This document shows positions 62,768 to 64,000 of a stretch of 64,000 nucleotides of DNA, one piece after another. Location of the stretch: assembly GCA_964016885.1 (NCBI GenBank), contig OZ024743.1, forward strand, positions 39,432,001 through 39,496,000, read 5' to 3'. A model generated the notes under the pieces. It saw only the letters and a program-made list of their open reading frames with translations. It had not been told where the DNA came from and did no database searches. The translations under genes were made by a program, and so were the position numbers. The stretch's first letter is position 1. Every line of letters starts with the position of its first letter. This stretch comes from Eledone cirrhosa. Taxonomy: Eukaryota.

Positions 62768-64000
62768 TGATCCCTGGGGCGGAGCAAACTAAAACATTCT
62801 GGAGAGGAATATGGGAGCAGGATGTTAGACATAATGTCCAGGCAGGGTGGATTGAGACAGTACAGAGGGAGATCGGTGAGCAGGCACACCAACAAACTGA
62901 TTTGAGTATCACAGTTGAAACTCTTAAGGGGCAGGCCAAAAAACTAAACAACTGGATATCACCAGGCCCAGATGGTGTGCAGGGGCATTGGATTAAAAAT
63001 TTAACATCCCTCCACCCGAAGCTGACGGCCATGTTCAATGACTGCTTGGTGTCGGGTGAGGTGCCAGAGTGGTTGACTCTTTATCACCGCTTTTATTCTG
63101 CATCGCACTTATACCATTAAGTAAAATGCTCAATGAAACAAAACATGGATATAAAGTCTATGACAAAACTATTAATCACTTGTTCTACATGGATGACCTG
63201 AAACTATTTGCAAAAAAATGATCAACAATTGCAAGGGCTAATATCCACTGTGGAGCAGTTCAGTGATGACATTAAAATGGAGTTTGGACTAGATAAATGC
63301 GCCAAAGCAACGTTCACCAGAGGAAAGCTGCTGAATAGTTCAGACATTAATCTTGATCGGGGGAACGTGATAAGAGAACTTGATCAAAGAAAAACTTACA
63401 CATATCTAGGTGTTTGTGAAGGAGACGGAATCAAGCACTCGACAATGAGAGAAAGGATAAGGAAGGAATGTTACCGCAGAGTAAGAGCAATCTTAAGAAC
63501 AGAATTGAATGCAAGGAATAGGATCGATGCCATAAACACGCTTGCCATACCAGTAGTAACCTACAGGTACAATGTCATCAACTGGTCAAGCACAGAGATC
63601 CGTAGGCTCGATACAAAAATTCGAAAATTCTTAACCATGCACAGAATGCATCACCCTAAGGCAGATATAGATGTAATATATCTCCCTAGGAAAGAAGGAG
63701 CATGTGGGTTAATCCAGTTAGACATTGCGTTGAAACCTACAACAATTGGATTATCTACATATCTAAGGGAATCACATGATTGGATGATCAAACTCGCTTT
63801 GAAAGCCGAAAGCATCAACAGATCATACTCCATTACAAAAGATGCACAAAGATACAGTAATGGACTACACATTTCATATGTCCCATTTACTGCTGAAATG
63901 GAAAACACAGAAAAAGCAAAGCAGGTAAAAGTAACTGCTAACAAAGAACTGCGACAGAAACTGGCTAAGAAATAGCAAGAAAAGCCTCTGTATGGAAAAT
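62767..64000 (+). mobile_element. chimeric R4/Dong element: family A fragment (62767-63077) fused to a different R4 family RT (63074-64000)
   Basis: The first part nearly matches the 1130-aa protein (IPGAEQ..VPEWLT). The second part reads DSLSPLLFC..FYMDDLKLF..FGLDKC and is clearly divergent from family A. Confidence 0.88.

Overview
This is AT-rich, microsatellite-dense animal DNA with no host gene I can support; it is almost entirely retroelements. The tRNA-SINE families resemble octopod cephalopod SINEs as I recall them (inference). Contents: two intact head-to-tail R4/Dong-type RLE non-LTR elements plus truncated, chimeric and decayed relatives in (TAA)n; a full-length and two partial Tx1 (L1-clade) elements; RTE and CR1-like relics; a decayed Gypsy LTR element with a nested solo LTR; a non-autonomous Helitron; about 18 tRNA-SINE copies; and at least six Penelope-like element (PLE) remnants. 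Three patterns stand out. (1) About 15 type-I hammerhead ribozyme motifs, intact or decayed, lie in PLE terminal repeats and in small fold-back elements inserted in (TA)n, some folded back inside the ribozyme's own stem II. (2) A 670-bp non-coding tandem unit is bounded by two intact hammerheads and is a retrozyme/circRNA candidate. (3) The main SINE shares its 3' terminus and (ATT)n insertion context with the Tx1 LINE, while Dong uses the opposite strand of the same microsatellite. All structures were read by eye, and coordinates of decayed elements are approximate.
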